A program made the position numbers and the translations under genes. Of a DNA stretch of 60,000 nt, positions 1 to 12,176 are shown piece by piece (position 1 is the first letter of the stretch; every line of letters begins with the position of its first letter). Source of the DNA: Amphiscolops sp. MND2022 (taxonomy: Eukaryota); the NCBI GenBank assembly GCA_964187785.1, contig OZ076409.1:80664001-80724000 (forward strand). The letters run 5' to 3'. The notes below the pieces were generated by a model. That model ran no database searches. It worked only from the letters and a program-made list of their open reading frames with translations, and was not told where the DNA came from.

Positions 1-38
1 TTTAGTTACTTGTTGCTCCATTTAGTTAGTAATTTCTA

Positions 39-110
39 GTCACCATGGCGCAGTTTGGAGTGCGTCTGCCTGCCAGCCACGAGGTCGTGGGTTAAAACCC
101 GTGCTGATGC
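39..110 (+). pseudogene. Degenerate tRNA-Gly(GCC)-like sequence (SINE head or tRNA pseudogene)
   Basis: A-box-like TGGCGCAGTTTGG (46-58), CT-GCC-AG loop, damaged B box GGTTAAAACC; anticodon stem does not pair. Confidence 0.5.
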
Positions 111-724
111 GTTGCATTTTTTAGCGGAAAAAAATCCAGGTGCTTAGCGGGCGTCTTGTTGTGTTTTGGTTATTATATTTTGATTTTTCCATTGTGTATG
201 ATTTAATTCTGAATTTTTTGGTTGAAGAACCTATAATTCAATTTTCTGCATGCAATTTTTCTTGCAATGGTGGATCCTTGGTTGGAACCTTGGGAGTAGA
301 CCGACAACATTGGCACTGAATGCATCCTGAGTTCTCCGGGTATTATAGAGAACTTTCCTCATTGCACTTTTTAGGGAGGTCCAGTAGCCTCGACTTGGGT
401 AACTATTATGTTGAAACTGCCCAGACAATCAACTGAGATCTCACCTGTTATTGGAGAAATTTTTAAAATAAAATTAAGATACAGATTATTTTTACGATGA
501 ACTCGACAATCTGTGAAATTCTCAGTTTAGTGCATAGGATAATGTTAGAAATTGTTTGCAAAAGTGTATTGAAGGTTTATGGAACTCATACAAAAACCGA
601 TGAAGTAATTTTGCGTTTTCAGCTGAATCCACTAAGTTTTAAAATTTGAGCGTGCGCAGTGAAATCTACCATTATTTTTATGAATAATCCTTTCGACTGA
701 ACGTCCTTAGCGTCAGTAGAACGT

Positions 725-1075
725 AACAAGACGGGAACGTCTCAAGTCAGCGCTATAACAAAGGCTCAAATAAAATCGAAGAGGGGACCCTTTGGAGACA
801 AAAAAATTCGAAAAAAAGTCGCACAGTGCCGAAAAAAATTGAAACGGGGGACCCTTTAGTCACGTCCGGTTTTGTAGGTTACGTTTAAAAAGTAAAAAAC
901 TAAAGGGGGACTCTTTGAAATAGCTTAGATGCGTTTCCCGGGTATTCGTTTAGTTTCCTTTAGTTGAACAAACTGAGCAAAACGTTAACGTTCGTCGCTT
1001 CGAGTCTGTCTTAAAGAAAAAAACGAGTGACTGTAATAGTCGGGCTCTTTTCTTAAGAAAAGCGTCGACTAAAAA
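725..1075 (-). mobile_element. Helentron/DINE-1-like non-autonomous element (HINE)
   Basis: Family termini AACAAGACGGGAACGTC and TAGTCGGGC...GCGTCGACTAAAAA; internal AAAAAGTCGCACAGTGCCGAAAAA/GGGGACCCTTT subrepeats shared with other copies in the window. Confidence 0.65.
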
Positions 1076-2559
1076 TGTGAAACAAAACTGAATTCGATAA
1101 CATTTGTAATTTTGTCCCACGTAAAACTTACGAAAGAAACGGAGAAATTGCAAATAAAAAAGGTTAAGAATTGAAAGTGTTTTTCATAATTTGAAAATTT
1201 TCTCTTAGCAAAAGATTTACGAATTTTGTTTGAGATTTAAGCTCGAAATCATCAACTCAAACACTTTTTTGTACCCACGTTTATCCATGACGTTGACTGA
1301 CGCGAGTTATACACGTAATGGAAAATTATTAATTATTCAAAATATTGAACGTTTTAATAGAAACAACGCATTGTAGAACTTGATCCACCATGTAAGTTCA
1401 AATTTGGTACATTAACTCAGAAGACTCCGTCACTGTTGTAGCGTTCGATTGATTCATCGATAATCTTAGCCATATCGCCAACTTTGGGAGCTCGCTAGCC
1501 ATCTTTGGACAAATCGGTCGAACATTGCACTTTTCGAGTAGTCGTGCGTCCATCGCTTCCAAATCATCCAATTGTATGCCTGAAACAGCTAAATTTATTT
1601 ATTTACTCCAACAACTAGTTGAAGCAGTAAAAACAATTGATATTTGACCTAATCGAGGAATGAGAGGGTCAACTAAAACAATTGGTAGATAATTTCAACG
1701 ATATTTGGAAATTGAAATAGTACCAAATGAAGCCCGTTCAAGGTTAAGAATTCAACAAAAAAGTCAATTCAAAGTATTCGACAAACAGGAGCAAAAATCC
1801 ATAGTTTCGTAGAACGAGAAACTAAATGATACTTCTCAGGGAATGATTTTGCCCGGCTGAGAAATATCAAGAAACTTGAAAACGGGAACTTCTGTATGTT
1901 TTTCAGACCTATCGAAAAAGTTGGTAAGAAAAAAGACCAATTAGAATTTTTAAATCTGAGCAAACGATTTGTTCGCTCCAATGTTCGAACATTTCTCTTA
2001 CAAAAAACACAAAACGGTTCTTTTGAAAAAATGAAAAGAAAACAAAAAAGAAAAATAGTATAACTTGGTGGGAACTGAGCCATCAGGATTTTTAAGCGAA
2101 AGTACTGTGCTCCAGTGTCGCTAATTGATTCGATATACCGCATTTTATAATTTTTACGTCTCCAAGAAAAGCAATATAGTTGAAGAGAAATGATTCCGTT
2201 TTCATTTTAAAAATTTTATACAGTTCATACAATTTCAATTTATTCAACTTTTGTGCGAGTTTTTTTTCAAAACATCATCCAACAACTGGTATAATACGCG
2301 TAAAGGGCATAATAGTTGGATAAAACCAATATTGTTCAATTTTTGGGTACTTGTTATGACGACAGAGCCTTGAAGTTTGAATGGGCTATACTACTATAAA
2401 TGGTTGCAAGGGATAACAACAAGAGGACGACAAGTTCAAGATGTCACTTTTTTTGGCTTCAGTTCAAATATAATCTTATATGGTGAGCATTCATTCAACT
2501 CACCCAAATCCACGTTCACTTCATTTCACTCAGTTTTAATTATTCAAAAGCGCCTAGCC

Positions 2560-4420
2560 TAACTTACAAGACAAAACTTTGCTGTCTAGTGCCTCCTTAT
2601 CTCAGCTTCGATTTTTTAAAAGGTTGATGTTTGTTATAGTGAGGTGTAAGAACGGTCTAGATTACTAGAATTACAACGTGTCAACTGAAGAAGTTGTTCA
2701 ACTGAATTTAATTTGATACAAAAAGTTTGAGCCAAAAAATCGATTTCAACAATATTTTATCGAAATCTTCATATACCTGATACAAACACGAGCTCGCCAA
2801 AATGGAATACATCTGTAGCCAATTTCCTATTGATCTTGAGATTCAATTATGACAGGCTAAATTTGCTCAGAAGAACGGTTTTGCCTCTGACCAGTGTACA
2901 AGAGCTTTATCAGACTCACATAGCTGTGAACAGTATAGACTCGAATTATGGAATTGCCGACTGAAAAATAAATTGGCATAATTCCCTCCCATAGAATCCA
3001 CAGAATCATTGATACCAAGATCTTTCAGCAAACATGCCACCGAATTGATTATTGAGATGCTTACAAACCAATGCAATATACGGGACTTTCAATGCTAAAA
3101 ATCAAGAACATCATCACCACGCTCTATCGGCAACAACGAGGAGACGTCTGCGCGTTTTATCTTTGATTGCAGCTTTTTCAAAAATTTGAGAAAAGAACAC
3201 AGAAATATTGGGTCATTAGAAGAACTATTAAGAAGAAGAAGAAGCCATTGTAATATAATTAACATGTTGGCTTTCATCAAAAAATCGTCCCGTTTTTTTA
3301 ATGCGTGAAAACTAAAACTCACCTGACGGAAAGAAATCATGCTCATTTGTAAATTTCATGTGAAATTTGAATGATCATGGCCTGCAAATAGAGGCACATT
3401 TATTAGAATTCATATATATGAAATTGTAGCTGGAAGTTTCAAACCGGGAGAATCATACATACAAACATATATATTTCTCTCTATAAAAACTCATTTTTGC
3501 GAGCAAATATATGCAGTGAACTATAGAGAAAGGTGTAAAATGAATGTCAGTTGTTGTAACTCGCCGAGTTCCGTCGATAAAGTTTCCTTGGCAGGGATGG
3601 CGGAAAGCTTCTTCAAGGTTACAAGGGAGGTTCCATTTATTTCTGATATCTGTGTAATTCTGGCATTGGAAAACGATGTGTTCGACTATTTCTCCATTCT
3701 AACCACAATCACTTTTAGGTGACTCGGCCTTCCCGGTTTTCTAGAGAAATCCTTCAGCTGACATTGTCCAGTTAAAAGCTGGAAAATGAAAACTTTTGTC
3801 GATCTGCTGATTTTGGTGTTCGAGAGCAGTCAAGCACTCAAAAGTTCGAAGTTTTTATAATCACTTTGGTTCTCCCAGTAGCGTTGCAACTGAAAACATT
3901 TCTCGGATACTAGGATGCTTGCCACGTCTTTTTGCTTGTTCATGTTACTTCATGTATGTTCGGGCGATTCCAAGGGAGGAGCAAGAGCAGCGCGAGTCAG
4001 TCTCCATCGAAAAGTGCCATCAAAAATCGGAGGTAGTTCGCTTCAATTATGTCCAATTTCGCCATCATGAAGAACCCGATAGTTTTGGTTGAAAGTTGAA
4101 ACGTTGCTAAAGTTGAAGCGTTTGTTTTTCATCTTTTGTGACAGTATGGTAGAGATAACGGTGTCTATTTATTCCCGTTTGCATGCTTTGTTGTGTGCAT
4201 TATCAATAATCGTTTAGCCTTCACGTGAACGGAAACTCCGAACAAACGAATGACCAGCAGGTGTGTATTAGAAGCTTTTCACCACTGTTTGTACTATTAA
4301 TAATCGCGAAAACCATTTCCTTGACCACTACTATATCATGTTGAAAATACCCAGTCCAATTTCGAAGTGACTTTTCTGTCGCGAATAAATAAAAGATCAC
4401 CATTGTAATGTTTGAGAGTT
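2560..4420 (-). mobile_element. Highly decayed CR1/L2-like LINE remnant (boundaries approximate)
   Basis: Minus-strand peptide scraps: KSLRN...HDIVVVKE (APE N-terminus-like, 4221-4403), KDLGI and SLYCSQL (C-terminal RT region, 2867-3076). Confidence 0.35.
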
Positions 4421-5347
4421 CAAATACAGTCTGTTAATTTTTTCATCTCCGCTGATCGCTTTTAAAAGGCGCTTTTGCGAACGGAATAACACACAATGTC
4501 ATGAGTAGCCGAGTTCTGACAGCATGTTCCAGCAGAAAGTGCACACAACTGGGAAAGATGGATTGAGTTATTCGAGGCTATAATAATTGCGAAATAGTCA
4601 ATGTCCTTGGACGAATTGACTGGCGATGACTCGACAAACACATGACAAAAAGAACTGAGGAGGCAGTGAAACCAATAACCCAGAAAAAGAAGTCAGTTTC
4701 TTGTATCTTACCCTCGGAGAAAGAAATGTTTTTGCAGGGTGGAAAGCTTAACATATACATGAAATATTAACTATAAAAGACCTGCAAGCATGCATGGAGA
4801 ACATAAGAAAGGCTGTGTTCTACATGAAAAAGCCGTGCTTGCTGTGAACGGACCACGAGGAGTGATTTAAAGCCAATGATAAACAGTTCGTGTTGGGCCA
4901 CCACAAAAAAAAACAAAGCAAAATTTTTTTGAATGTTCGAAATAGGGAAAAACTTCAGACGTTCGTGGCAGTAACTTTTAGTGTCTGTGCTTATTTTTTT
5001 TGTTGAACACGACTGTTTTGTTCCTGCATTTTTTGAAATCTAGATTAAATCAATCCGTTCGATGTTTGTTTAAACAATTGTTTCCCTGTGCATGTAGTTT
5101 TTGTTCTGATTCCCGAAAATGCTTTTTTGTTTTCATAAAAACAAGGCGTGACACCTTTCGCAAATTAATTTTAACGTTCGACATCTCGAATACTACGTTA
5201 ACAGTGAGATTTTTACCTTAAACTCTTAAATACTGTTTTCGTCTTGTTTTCAACTGTCCGTATGATTCTGGGCTGCTTGAAATGTTGAAAGACTGTTTGA
5301 AATCAATCGGACTCTATAGCTGTCTTGGAAAAAGGTTGCACTGTTGC

Positions 5348-5828
5348 TTTTAGTCGGCACATTTTAGTAAGAAAAAATGAGTGCGACTAATATAGTGGCA
5401 AGATTTTCTCTTTTTTGTCAGATAACAGAATGTATGCGTAGTGGACACTATTTACAGTACTACTAAACTACTGGAGAGGCAAGGGGAAATGCATCTAAGT
5501 TAGTGCAAAGCGTCCCCCTTTCGTTTATTTCATTTTAACGTAAGATACTGAACTGGACGAGACTATAAGTTCTTTTTAGTTTTTTTGGGCACTGGGCGAC
5601 TTTTTTTGTGTTTTTTTGTCCCCGAAGTAAATCCGGATTATCTATAGGTAATATCCGGAGTAAAGCGCTATATCCGAACTTTTGACGTTATATCCGGACT
5701 ATGTTACATTTTAGTGAGGAGGCGGAGGTTCGAAAACACTTGTTTGTCATGAAAACGTCCCACGTATATTTTGAAAACTGCGTTTTTTGAGCCTTAGATA
5801 GAGCTTGTTTACCGTTCCCGTTTTGTTT
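5348..5828 (+). mobile_element. Helentron/DINE-1-like non-autonomous element
   Basis: Starts TTTTAGTCGGCAC...GTGCGACTA, ends CCGTTCCCGTTTTGTTT; colinear with the copy at 56168-57054. Confidence 0.65.
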
Positions 5829-5892
5829 ACACTTTTTACTCCCTGTTTTTTCAGGTGTTTCTTCTCTTGTTTTCCTCAAGATTGAAAGTTTT

Positions 5893-6307
5893 GGTATGCG
5901 GAAAACTCGTCGAAATTAAAGGGCGGAAAACTGGTCGAAAATTAACTCGTCGAACAATAATTGAGTTCAAACTCGTCGCATAATTGAGGATTACCCGCAG
6001 GGATTATCCAGTGCTAATTATGGATTAAATTTCGTTAATGGAGGCGTGAAATTTTCAGTTTCACGCTTAAAATAGCTTGAAATTTTTCACTTTTATAGTT
6101 TACAGTGCAGTACTTCATAATAATTGTAGTAAAAAGACGGTATGATCACAAAGTTGAGACTAAATTGGCCTGAGATTATTTTCTGTTCGTGCGACGAGTA
6201 ATCCACTGGAGAATTTTTAGCGAGTTGCTTTTCGCGACAAGTTTTCCGCCTAGTATTTTCGACCAGTTGTTTTCAGCGAGTTGTTTTCGACGAGTTTTCC
6301 TAGATTC
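5893..6307. mobile_element. MITE with repeated subterminal motif (G)AAAACTCGTCGAAA
   Basis: Motif repeated at 5900-5980 and inverted at 6190-6300; degenerate flanking duplication GAAAGTTTT/ACAAGTTTT. Confidence 0.55.
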
Positions 6308-6615
6308 ACAAGTTTTATTGTTTCTATTTCTTGATAAAAACGGTAACGCTGAACCCACGGCATCAATCTAAGAGTATGTGTTTTCAAACACGCTTAATGT
6401 AGAATCTCAGCTTCCGAAGCGTGATGGCCTCTCTTTACAAAAACGTTCACTGAATTTTGACCCATGCTTGCTGCTTAGTAACTGAACAAACAAAACTCAG
6501 TCAAAGTCTTGCATACTTGAACGATTTGCTGTGAAACCTGTGCGTGCTGTGAAACCTGTGTTTCCTTTACAGCCTTTCTTAATTAAATCAGAATCAGCAA
6601 ACTTTTAATATAAGA

Positions 6616-7080
6616 GGGGGCTTCCCACGAAGCAGAATATTCACTAAGCCGAAAAAAACGAAAGTATTCACTAAGCCGAAAAAACGAAAGTATTCACTAA
6701 GCCGAAAATTACGTAGCACTGTATAATTCTCTGCAATCTAATTGGCTGACGCGGGCGGACCGAAACGAAGTCCGTTCAGAAATTTTATAAAAAAATGAAA
6801 TTTTCAATTTCCCCTAGTCAGCTATGTTCACATACTCCTAGTGCCCTAAATGCAGGAGCGAAGCGAAGCGGAGCGACGTGCCATTTGGCCATGCCTCAAT
6901 GTTGCTACCTGTCGAAGGGAGCGAAGCGACCGAGCCATACAACAAATATTCTAACCTATTCAAATAAATCAAGTTCCATACATATTGGCTGTAACAGTAT
7001 ACGTTTCATTGTATTTTTCGGCTTAGTGAATACTTTCAATTTTTCGGCTTAGTGAATATTCTGCTTCGTGACACCCCACC
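6616..7080. mobile_element. MITE with long TIRs and 8-bp TSD
   Basis: TIR core CACGAAGCAGAATATTCACTAAGCCGAAAAA at both ends; tandem TATTCACTAAGCCGAAAA subrepeats; perfect TSD ATATAAGA (6608-6615, 7081-7088); GG...CC termini. Confidence 0.85.
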
Positions 7081-8468
7081 ATATAAGATTCTGCTAACAT
7101 CACAAAGTTGCCAAACTGTATTGCATCAGCTCGATATTTAACACAGCTATTTTTAGTTTTAGTTTCGTCAAGTTTGAATTTTTCTACAAAAAAAATAGTA
7201 GTTTTAGTTTCGCTCTTCTTTTCTAGATAGTCAGTGTCTTCTCTGGCATAAGAAAGCTACACCACTCATTCTTGTTTTCCGTAGTCCCGATGCAGTTGTT
7301 TGATTTCCACTTTATTCATCCAAATACCAAATATATTAAGCGTATATTGAAACCGAAAACAATAGAATTGTTTTTTCAAAGGTAGTTAGTTGGTTCTTAG
7401 TTCCAATTTTTCTTTGTTCACCTTTGAATAATTATCCTACATTCTGATTAAAGTTTTTGAAGTTTACTTAGCTAGATCTAGGGTTCCATATGCTGACTCA
7501 CTGAAATGCTGTGGCAGACTTGATTTTTGTCATTAACCACATCTCTATGAGACTTGGTTGTAAAAATTATTCAAATTTTCTGTAATTGAAAGTTTTGTAG
7601 AATTTCAATGATTTCCTCTATTGTATTGTGCAAAAGATGAGTGTATCTTGTGAAATCAAATTCGATTTCATTTTTAATGAAAAGGTATAGATTGGATTTT
7701 CAGGGTGCGAGATATAAAATTGATGAACAGCAAAAGCGATTAGTTACTTAGTGCATGATGCAGCCTTTCTCCATTGGAGCATTCAGAGATCGTCCTGTTT
7801 AGATACGGCTGCTAAAAATGCCGTTGCATATCGCTTCACTCCGTAATTTGGGGCACCAAGTGTCATTCAATGTAGAATGTATGCTTCAAGGTCAAGAAAA
7901 AAATCAAAAAAGGTGAGATTGGATCTTTAATTTTCTGACAAATGAAACTTCTGAATCGTGAAGTCAGTAGGCCAAATTTTGGTTATTTTTGATTATTGAG
8001 CCAAAAATTGGATTCCAGATCAAATCCTTTAAAATCAACGAAATTTTTAAAATGACCGGTATGTTGTCATTTGTCAGTCGATTTCAAAACTACACCAGTT
8101 TCAGTGGACTTTTGAATGATATTCTGCTGTTGACTCAGCAAGCGAAACCAGCACCAGGAATCTTCTTATCCTCAGCAGTTCATTTCAATCATTATTGAAT
8201 TTCTGTAAATGTAAATTTACAAACACTAGGCTAATAAAACAAAATAAATGGCAACGTCATAATATGAACAAAACTAAGTGATACAAAACTAAGTTCGAAT
8301 TATTATTATTTAACTGGTTCGTACATTCCACAAATATTTCCAAACACTTTGATCAATAGTTACACATTGCAACATTTGTTTGATTATTTGTCTTGAAAGC
8401 CCAGAGAAATTGATTCGTAGATCAATTCATTTTATTTTAAGGTCATCAATTTTTGAACTGGAGGAATC

Positions 8469-9875
8469 ATGTCTTATCCCGAAATCCCCTTCTTTTCCAT
8501 CGGGTTTCATCGAAACGCCATGGTAATTTCAAATGCTGACTCGGAAGTTTTGCAGCTAATTAGAAACACGGTTGACAACCAACTTTCAGTGGAGTTAGAT
8601 CAAGATTTCTCCAAGCATGACTACTTCGTGATCAAATTCCGTCGAGACATCTTCAATCCATATGCAGAGCCCCATTACAGAGACGCCCATACTTTATTAT
8701 GCGCTATTTTAACTAAACTGCACAGCAAGGGCTACACTTTGATGTATGGTGGTAGAATTAACAAGTACGTTCAACGCGGTGCTTGGTGTTTTGAAAAAGC
8801 GAGTGAAAAGACTAAGATTTCATGCCTCCAGACGTCTTTTTGCGCAATCGATTTCATAAGATCCGACAGAATCCGGTTTGTAAATTTGGACGAAATGACC
8901 GTACGGGAGTTGGTTGAGACAGTTGGGAAAAACTGGTCGAAAGTACAGACCAGCAAACCCGAAGCCAATAATTGTCACATCATAAAAATAGCCGGCGTGC
9001 CTTGGTATAACTGCCATGACGAAGAGATTATAAAAATTCGGGATCTTATTCTTATTCTGATGCAGAAAATGAGAGATATGGGTTTCGAGCAATGTGCGTC
9101 CACAGTTTTGGACGAAGACCACGATACAATATACTTCAAAACTGTTCCCAGAACAGGAGTATCGTCTTTTCACTCCGAATCCAAATTTCTTGGACTGAGT
9201 CTTGATGAAACAAATTTCTTCCGGTTTGTCCGCGTGTCTCAGTACCACCAAGACATGATACGATCTGTGATCGACAGGCATTACAGAATTGTACAGGAAT
9301 CATCTGGTTTAACAGTTGACATGCATCCATCGCGATATGTGTGCAACGTCCAAGCGGTTAGAGTTATGACTCATATTCTATCAGACCTATGGAATCAGGG
9401 CTTGGAAATTGTAGTAAAAGTGAATCCCTTCAAAAACAACAAAGACCGTGGGATTTTGTGTTTCCAAACACGAAATGGTCTCCAAAATGAAGAATGCCAC
9501 TTCAGTGCAATCAACTTGAAGTACGATGGAGAAATTCGAAGCCTCTATTTATCAGAAGACGCGGTTATGGCACTCACAGATGCACTTAAAAATCAAGTCA
9601 CCCTTGGAAAGTTCCAGAACCCTGCGCCGATGGACTTCAGGTGGTTTGTTCAGATTAACCCTTGCACGGGCAAAAAGAGTGACTTGGGTCGACGAGCATG
9701 GAGCTTACACCTATTGAATTTGATTGTTCACACTTTGAAAAAAGAGGGTTACGTCTTTCAGTGTTCTATAGACACTAGTGGATTTTTCTACAAGGGGGAG
9801 AATGATAAAGATGAGAGAAACAACACCGATTGTTTGTTTTTCCGCAAAGATGGACCATTTCCCCTTGTTGTATAG
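8469..9875 (+). CDS. Uncharacterised intronless 468-aa protein built from about four internal ~110-120 aa repeats
   Basis: Uninterrupted ORF; recurring pattern DRIRF...W..VQ...KIAGVPW...L..L...G[YF]...D..[YF]F, which resembles an uncharacterised repeat family I recall from fungi and invertebrates. Confidence 0.8.
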   Translation: MSYPEIPFFSIGFHRNAMVISNADSEVLQLIRNTVDNQLSVELDQDFSKHDYFVIKFRRDIFNPYAEPHYRDAHTLLCAILTKLHSKGYTLMYGGRINKYVQRGAWCFEKASEKTKISCLQTSFCAIDFIRSDRIRFVNLDEMTVRELVETVGKNWSKVQTSKPEANNCHIIKIAGVPWYNCHDEEIIKIRDLILILMQKMRDMGFEQCASTVLDEDHDTIYFKTVPRTGVSSFHSESKFLGLSLDETNFFRFVRVSQYHQDMIRSVIDRHYRIVQESSGLTVDMHPSRYVCNVQAVRVMTHILSDLWNQGLEIVVKVNPFKNNKDRGILCFQTRNGLQNEECHFSAINLKYDGEIRSLYLSEDAVMALTDALKNQVTLGKFQNPAPMDFRWFVQINPCTGKKSDLGRRAWSLHLLNLIVHTLKKEGYVFQCSIDTSGFFYKGENDKDERNNTDCLFFRKDGPFPLVV

Positions 9876-10825
9876 TATTAGAAATATCAAAAAAACAACA
9901 ACCAGGCATGCGAGGATTGTATAAACTTGAAGCACAGAAAACTATTCTCTTCATTTTTACTTGAAGCTGTAAAAGCGAGTTTTTTCATTCATTTCTGTTG
10001 CTATTTGATGCCTGCGTACATTAAAATAAACCATTTTAGAGTTTGACAGTGGGTTTATTTACCCAATTCCACCGGGGTTGAGACGCTGAAAGAGCACATT
10101 TGCCTTCTTAGGCGGCGGCCTTTTTGGATACTAGTAAGCTACGGTACCATATTTGCAGCCAAATGGTCAAACGATAGTCGGCTTGTAAGTGGTTTCAAAC
10201 TGACTTGCTTAAGACTGACTTGATCGCCGTTGTTTTTTTGTTTTTCGTCTCTCCGCCATATGCGTTCTTTTTTGTCATGACCATACCACTAAGTTAGGGA
10301 TGAAGGACTTGCTACTGGGCCAACAATGGTAAGTTGAAAGATGTCCGAACTTAATCCAGTACAAGACGAATGAGCCAAGATGGAAACAAACGCTTATAAA
10401 TCCCTGAAAGTCACAGACCTCACACTGAATGGTCAATTTTTTAGACTTAGGTCAGATTGTCTTCAAGATTTTTATATAACAACTCTCATATTCGTGAAAT
10501 TTTACTTTAAAAAACTTTGAGCATGTTTTGAACACTTTGCATATTTTGAGCCTTGAACTATATCGTTTTCCGTTGTTGCTGAAAAGTTTCAAGACAAGGG
10601 CCGTTTTTTGATAAATCGACAAAAGTCAGTAACCGGAGTCTGCTAGTGCAACACTGTTGCACCCCAGATGTGGTGTGAAACCTCTGGCAAGGAAATGAGT
10701 GTTCTTGGGGGGTGTAGCGAAGATTGAATAGGTAGATAGTAAAACAAAGACTGAAGGTCAATTCAAATTTGAATCAAATGTTACAAAGGCTGTATTTATG
10801 CTTCCAGAGAAACAAATACTCTATC

Positions 10826-11147
10826 TGTTGCTGATGCAAAAGTCTCAACGACCTAAAAGACAATTAATTAGTTTTGAACTTGACCGAAAATGTAGTACGC
10901 CGTGTCACGTGACTTCGGGTACGTAATTCGTACCATACAGTACTCCCGATTCTACGTTTGACCTTTAATACTCCGTAAACCAGCTTTTGTTTACCACTCA
11001 TATAAAGTAAAAGTGTTTTGCCGTCATACTCCTTTTGTCACAGGACCTCCATTGTGCAAAACAGTTAACATTACATTTAACCATCGTTCGTTTAGTAAAA
11101 CCTTCTTGGAAACAACCGTTTTGACTTCAACCGTGAAGACCAGCACA
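10826..11147 (+). repeat. BEL/Pao 5' LTR (322 bp)
   Basis: TGTTGCTGAT...CAGCACA; direct repeat of 20161-20392 plus 38943-39035. Confidence 0.95.
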
Positions 11148-11152
11148 TTTTC

Positions 11153-11165
11153 TGATGCCGCGACC
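11153..11165 (+). promoter_or_regulatory. Degenerate primer-binding site, tRNA-His-like
   Basis: TGATGCCGCGACC 5 nt after the LTR, compared with TGGTGCCGTGAC expected for tRNA-His. Confidence 0.55.
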
Positions 11166-11538
11166 CACTGGTGACTGGACTTAAGCTGGCAACCCGGACC
11201 CGATCCGAGGCTGGGCGAAGTGCAGTCAAAGTGAAGTATCCAAGGAATTCCCGCCCGGTGCTCAACCCTTCAATCAGTTGTCCGAAATTCCTTTTATCTT
11301 CCGACAAAAAAACTGTTAGATCTTTCTGATTATTCCGAAAAACTTTTAGTTTCGATTCAAAACTCTAAACATTTAGCTCAATCCGCTTAACGAAAAACAT
11401 TTGAAACTCAAACTCTTTTGAATATTTATTTCATTGTAAATTTTCATTCAGTGTTGACGGTACAACACATATCCCGAAACGAAAAACTTTTAACTTTGGC
11501 AAACGAACCACTTGAAACGAGAGTACTGTCGCCCGTTG

Positions 11539-12120
11539 ATGTTCGTCCTTGGTGCTAGCTCCCTCGATGACGCACTACTTTCTTTGAACAAGCGGACTCA
11601 AAAACAATTAAAAAAGAGTGTTCTTGCCATACGCGGACTTAGTCTGAATCCTTTCGTCACGAATGCTCGAAAGACAGTTCAGTTTTACTTGAACAACTCC
11701 TTGAAATTTCAACAAGTTATTCTTTGGCACGACGTTATAAATAAATCCGTGTCACACCATCCATCGAATAACAACCGACCTTTAGCCCTTCCGAACTTGT
11801 TGAAAACCCAAATTTTGGCGGTCGTTTATTGTCAACGTCGTGGCATTCAGGATGTCTACCCTGACTTGCAAGAGAGTGGGATTGTTACCATTAGCATCCT
11901 TCGCGACATCATCTCTAAGCGCAAGGCAAAAGACCTTGCATTGGTTAAAAAATACTTCGCGCTTCATCAAGTACCTTGCTTGGAAACCAAAACCCTCACT
12001 ATAGTTCGTCTTTATAGTGCAAACTTATCCGTTCTCGTCAAAAAGAAACTGCGGAAAAAGCTTTCCAAGCGCAGACGCCGAGCCAAAAGAAACACTCGGT
12101 TATCTTCTGAAAATATTTGA
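11539..12120 (+). CDS. Accessory ORF of the BEL element: SGNH/GDSL-hydrolase-like fold with a Lys/Arg-rich C-terminal tail
   Basis: FVLGASSL (block I-like), AIRGLSL (II), VILWHDVIN (III), ALHQ (V) in the correct order and spacing; tail KKKLRKKLSKRRRRAKR; reading frame open from 11512 or earlier. Confidence 0.6.
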   Translation: MFVLGASSLDDALLSLNKRTQKQLKKSVLAIRGLSLNPFVTNARKTVQFYLNNSLKFQQVILWHDVINKSVSHHPSNNNRPLALPNLLKTQILAVVYCQRRGIQDVYPDLQESGIVTISILRDIISKRKAKDLALVKKYFALHQVPCLETKTLTIVRLYSANLSVLVKKKLRKKLSKRRRRAKRNTRLSSENI

Positions 12121-12176
12121 GTCGGAGTTTGTTGAAACCTGTTTTCAAAGGTACTGACCGGAAGTACTATCAACGT

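Noticed and set aside
231..1580. Possible minus-strand exons at about 232-445 and 1417-1580
   Set aside because: Acceptor-like sites exist, but I could not assemble a consistent frame or recognise a protein.
6637..6708. CRISPR-like short direct repeats
   Set aside because: They are head-to-tail subterminal repeats of a TSD-flanked MITE with no unique spacers.
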